From: a virus
DNA: 6,776 bases
Virus record (IMG/VR): IMGVR_UViG_3300022758_000105
Span: 1 to 6,776 of that record
Reading direction: 5' to 3' (one strand)
Made by a program: the position numbers and the translations under genes. Positions within the stretch are counted from its first letter, which is position 1. The number at the start of each line of letters is the position of its first letter. This document shows positions 3,822-6,776 of the stretch, piece after piece. A model generated the notes under the pieces. That model had not been told where the DNA came from and ran no database searches. It worked only from the letters and a program-made list of their open reading frames with translations.

Positions 3822-5675
3822 TTAATATGGAACACCATCACGAGACAATGGACGAACAACTTTACAACCAACATAGGCATTAACTAATAATTGATCTGTA
3901 TCCCAAGTAGAATCGGCCTTAACTGCAAAAATATCATCCAAAGTATTCGGATTAACTTTGAAGAACGGCCACTGAACAGCAGAACCAACACTAGAGAACC
4001 ACTGATAAAGATAAGAATCATCAACAGGAGCAACCCAATCCTTTAAAGTAGTAGTAAAAGCACCGTGAACACGATCAATATTCGTCTTCCAAGCATAATA
4101 ACGAGGATTATAACCTAAAATAGAATCAACCTTAACAGAACTAGAAGAAAACAAAGCACTATTAAACAATTGAACAGCAGGAACAGATTCCATACCAATA
4201 TTATCGAATTCCGGAATAGGAAGTTCATCAACAGAAGTAGCCAACAATTGAGGAGCATGGCCAGAAATATTGTAATCAAGAAGAGGCATCGCATGATAAA
4301 TACACATCAAGATACAATATTTAGAACCTGTAGTATAACGCATAGAACCAGTACCAGTACCTACACCTTTACCATAGATAACGGCTTCGCCATCACCTTG
4401 TAAGTTATTATTAACAACTTCAGAAATATCAAGATTTCGAGCAATACCTCCGATATATTGAGCCATGTGAGAATCAGAGGCAGGAACATTAACACCGAAG
4501 TGAGCCTTAATCTGGTCACGATAATTGGTATCAACAGACTGGGTAATTTCACGATATTTCTGCAAAGCTTCTGCTTGACGAAGAGCAAGAATATTGAATG
4601 AAGCAAGTACTGAAGCATCCCTAGTAACAAGGTTAGTACCAGCAGGAATAGGAGTAGGAGGAGTAGAAGAAGGCTTTATCAAAAAAGAAGAACTCGAATT
4701 AACCTCCGCAAAATTTTGAACAGTTAAATTAGAAGTACCAAGACGAACTTGAGAATAACCAGTTTCGCCAGTAACATCTACAACAGCGATATCTCCAAAC
4801 TGGGAATTAGGAAGAACTCCCATAAACATATCCTTATTCCAGTTACAATAACGAAGAGAAAATAAATTATCTCGCTTCCAGTAATCGTTATTAGCTGCAA
4901 TAGAAGAAGAAATACTCGTACCAAAAATATTACCAGAACCAGTATACCAGTCAAAATTATAAGAAGTAGGGTCTGCATTTTCCCATTGCGACCAGCGGAA
5001 AAAATCTTGATAAATTTTCTGATAAGCAGCAAGAGGAAGAAGATTCACAGCCAAATCATACTTGAAAATTTGAGTATAAGTTTGAGAAGATTCATCCAAA
5101 GGAGCTTGCATATTCCACCAACGATGAGAACTACCACCAATAGACAATGCTGAAGTAGTCGGAATAACATTACCATAATTAAGCATGTGAAGCAACTTGT
5201 AATTAACATCACCACGATTATATCCGAAAATATTAGCATGACCAGAAGGAGCAGAAGGAGAAGTACCAGTACTCAATACACCAGACGACAAAAATGTCGA
5301 CCAACCTAAATCAGATAAATTACACCAAGGAATATCACCTTTAACAGTAAGAGCGTTTAATAAGTCCCTAGATTGAACTGGAGCAATTTCACCCATTTGA
5401 ATAACAGAAGCGTCAAAAGATTTCCAAAGAAGATCAATAGGAACGGCATAAAAATCAAAATATTCACGAACACGAGTGTAAGCAGCAGTCTGCACGGGAC
5501 GAGTACGAGTAAAATACTGCAAATTAATGTCGTAAGTACAACCAGGTAAACCTAAATCCCAAAAGACAGGAAGAAGTTCACCACACTTAGCAGAAAACAC
5601 ATTTTTAGCTCCAATATCAAAACCAGAACGGTGAGAATGATTCTGAAGCTCTTTTAAACCTGTAAAATGAGCCAT
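3822..5675 (-). CDS. VP1: Major capsid protein VP1 (F-like jelly-roll), 617 aa
   Basis: ORF track entry 3822..5675. The N-terminus HRSGFDIGAKNVFSAKCGELLPVFWDLGLPGCTYDI fits the conserved microvirus capsid N-terminal pattern (FDLS..., G-E-L-x-P, LPGD-x-F). It is the largest ORF, with a size typical of Alpavirinae or Gokushovirinae VP1. Confidence 0.95.
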   Translation of the reverse strand: MAHFTGLKELQNHSHRSGFDIGAKNVFSAKCGELLPVFWDLGLPGCTYDINLQYFTRTRPVQTAAYTRVREYFDFYAVPIDLLWKSFDASVIQMGEIAPVQSRDLLNALTVKGDIPWCNLSDLGWSTFLSSGVLSTGTSPSAPSGHANIFGYNRGDVNYKLLHMLNYGNVIPTTSALSIGGSSHRWWNMQAPLDESSQTYTQIFKYDLAVNLLPLAAYQKIYQDFFRWSQWENADPTSYNFDWYTGSGNIFGTSISSSIAANNDYWKRDNLFSLRYCNWNKDMFMGVLPNSQFGDIAVVDVTGETGYSQVRLGTSNLTVQNFAEVNSSSSFLIKPSSTPPTPIPAGTNLVTRDASVLASFNILALRQAEALQKYREITQSVDTNYRDQIKAHFGVNVPASDSHMAQYIGGIARNLDISEVVNNNLQGDGEAVIYGKGVGTGTGSMRYTTGSKYCILMCIYHAMPLLDYNISGHAPQLLATSVDELPIPEFDNIGMESVPAVQLFNSALFSSSSVKVDSILGYNPRYYAWKTNIDRVHGAFTTTLKDWVAPVDDSYLYQWFSSVGSAVQWPFFKVNPNTLDDIFAVKADSTWDTDQLLVNAYVGCKVVRPLSRDGVPY

Positions 5676-5678
5676 AAA

Positions 5679-6776
5679 CTAAAAATTTAAATTAAACAAT
5701 AAACCTGATATATCATTATAATTCTTATGTTTAACTTTCTGAAAAATCTTCTGTTCAACAGATTTTTTCAAAGAGGACAAGGTAGAATTTAACTCATTCC
5801 AAAAAGATTTATCATCTTTAGGAGGACAAGAGAAATTAATAGACCTTGAACTTAAAAAAGCCTGGGATTCAGGATGAGCAGAAAGATAATCATAAAAATC
5901 ATTGATAAGTCTCAATTCCTTTCTAGACCAATACTCAAAAGAAGAAACAAATAATTTAAATAAGGATCTCTTTAAATCCTCGGGTAAAATATATCGATCA
6001 AGATGCCAAAAACGTAAAGTACGATTAACAGCAGAAAAAAACCTATAAATCTTACCTACAACGGAATCAAAATTAACTTGAACAGTATCCAAACGGATAA
6101 ACTTAAAAATTAAAGAATCATACCGAGAGGCAGTGCGATAACCAAGCTTTACACCATAATAAAAACGAGCATAGCGTTTAGCAAGCAAGAATGTAGAAAG
6201 ATTTTCATCTATTGATATATATCCGTTAAGTAGGAGCCGGTTGGATGCTGTGAACGCACCATAAAATAAGTCAATACAACTGTATGGATCCTTAAAAAAA
6301 GGGTCAGAGATTCGGGGGAATACTGTACGTTCATACGACCGTGAAGGTTTAACTGTGACATACTCACCATTAATCGGAACACTGAATCCATCAAGACACG
6401 AAGAGGAAACCTCTTGTATCTCTGAAATGTCGGACGATTGACGAAAGAGGCTATTAACCGATAACCCTTTGGAGTGGTAGGATCTAGGCTTAATTTCTTT
6501 GTGTCGGTTAAAAAAATCTGGTAAATCGACAAAACTATTAATATATGACGCAACATAGCCAGCTGCCGATCCTCTCGATAATGAACAATCTGTAAAACCG
6601 TAGCTCCAACTCTTAGATACCAACTCACATATAGACGAGGTGAGTGCGTCCGAGTTAAAGAATAATATACCATGCCAATGCGGGCGATATGTCCGTCCAC
6701 CATACTCTGATACAAGGTAGTAACATATTTTTTCATCGTATTTCTCTGCAATCAATTTACGTAAACGTTTAAAAAA
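5679..6776 (-). CDS. VP4: Replication initiation protein VP4, C-terminal part (same gene as 1-700)
   Basis: ORF track entry 5679..6755. Its first 'M' is really an internal TTG, and the frame is open to the window end. It contains the HUH motif RPHWHGILFF and the twin-tyrosine motif GYVASY (compare Y-V-A-K-Y in phiX174 protein A). The stop TAG at 5679-5681 lies 3 nt before the VP1 ATG. Confidence 0.93.
   Translation of the reverse strand, partial: FFKRLRKLIAEKYDEKICYYLVSEYGGRTYRPHWHGILFFNSDALTSSICELVSKSWSYGFTDCSLSRGSAAGYVASYINSFVDLPDFFNRHKEIKPRSYHSKGLSVNSLFRQSSDISEIQEVSSSCLDGFSVPINGEYVTVKPSRSYERTVFPRISDPFFKDPYSCIDLFYGAFTASNRLLLNGYISIDENLSTFLLAKRYARFYYGVKLGYRTASRYDSLIFKFIRLDTVQVNFDSVVGKIYRFFSAVNRTLRFWHLDRYILPEDLKRSLFKLFVSSFEYWSRKELRLINDFYDYLSAHPESQAFLSSRSINFSCPPKDDKSFWNELNSTLSSLKKSVEQKIFQKVKHKNYNDISGLLFNLNF
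6650..6776. repeat. Terminal redundancy, copy 2 (identical to 1-127)
   Basis: Same comparison as copy 1; the window ends inside the VP4 ORF exactly where the window start resumes it. Confidence 0.95.

Noticed and set aside
371-4403. Plus-strand ORFs 371..553, 2178..2525, 3003..3419, 4170..4403
   Set aside because: All lie antisense to strongly supported microvirus genes (VP4, VP2, VP3-like, VP1). No plus-strand promoter or RBS context is seen, and the compositions are typical of antisense frames.
4361-5239. Hydrophobic +1-frame ORFs embedded in VP1 (4361..4630, 4778..5032, 5045..5239), and 2975..3175 in VP2, considered as phiX174 E-like embedded lysis genes
   Set aside because: The coding strand is T-rich, so the +1 frame is automatically rich in Leu/Phe/Ile. 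The ORFs are short and fragmented by stops and have no start context. They are not excluded, but there is no positive evidence; synonymous-site conservation analysis would settle it.
1-6776. Search for CRISPR arrays, rRNA/tRNA genes, transposase/integrase genes or IS-type terminal inverted repeats
   Set aside because: None found. The only long repeat is the 127-nt assembly overlap, and no recombinase-like ORF exists in any frame.

Overview
The window holds one complete circular ssDNA phage genome of the family Microviridae plus a 127-nt assembly overlap (1-127 is identical to 6650-6776, so the unit length is 6649 nt). All credible genes lie on the minus strand, packed with 2-11 nt spacers. 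They are the replication initiator VP4 (556 aa, spanning the circular junction: 700->1 joined to 6776->5679), major capsid VP1 (3822-5675), a VP3-like scaffold candidate (3298-3810) and the pilot/minor capsid protein VP2 (2229-3365). VP2 is followed by a strong intrinsic terminator (2195-2223). The long VP4, the VP1 N-terminal motif and the absence of Shine-Dalgarno sites on core genes suggest an Alpavirinae-like, Bacteroidota-associated microvirus; this is inference. The remaining ~1.5 kb (701-2228) is an accessory sector. It contains two small ORFs (a 65-aa membrane/lipoprotein-like protein and a hand-found 49-aa ORF), a promoter cluster, and a two-gene cassette with canonical Shine-Dalgarno sites (a 50-aa charged helical protein plus a 73-aa I-TevI-like GIY-YIG nuclease core). 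The most striking element is a ~520-nt GC-rich non-coding island (1179-1700). It consists largely of stable hairpins with tetraloop-type caps, internal repeated modules, and a 38-nt A/T loop on a GC clamp. I could not assign the island to any known RNA family by eye. It is the best candidate for something new: a large structured RNA, a degenerate intron or mobile element linked to the homing-endonuclease-like gene, or an elaborate ssDNA origin.
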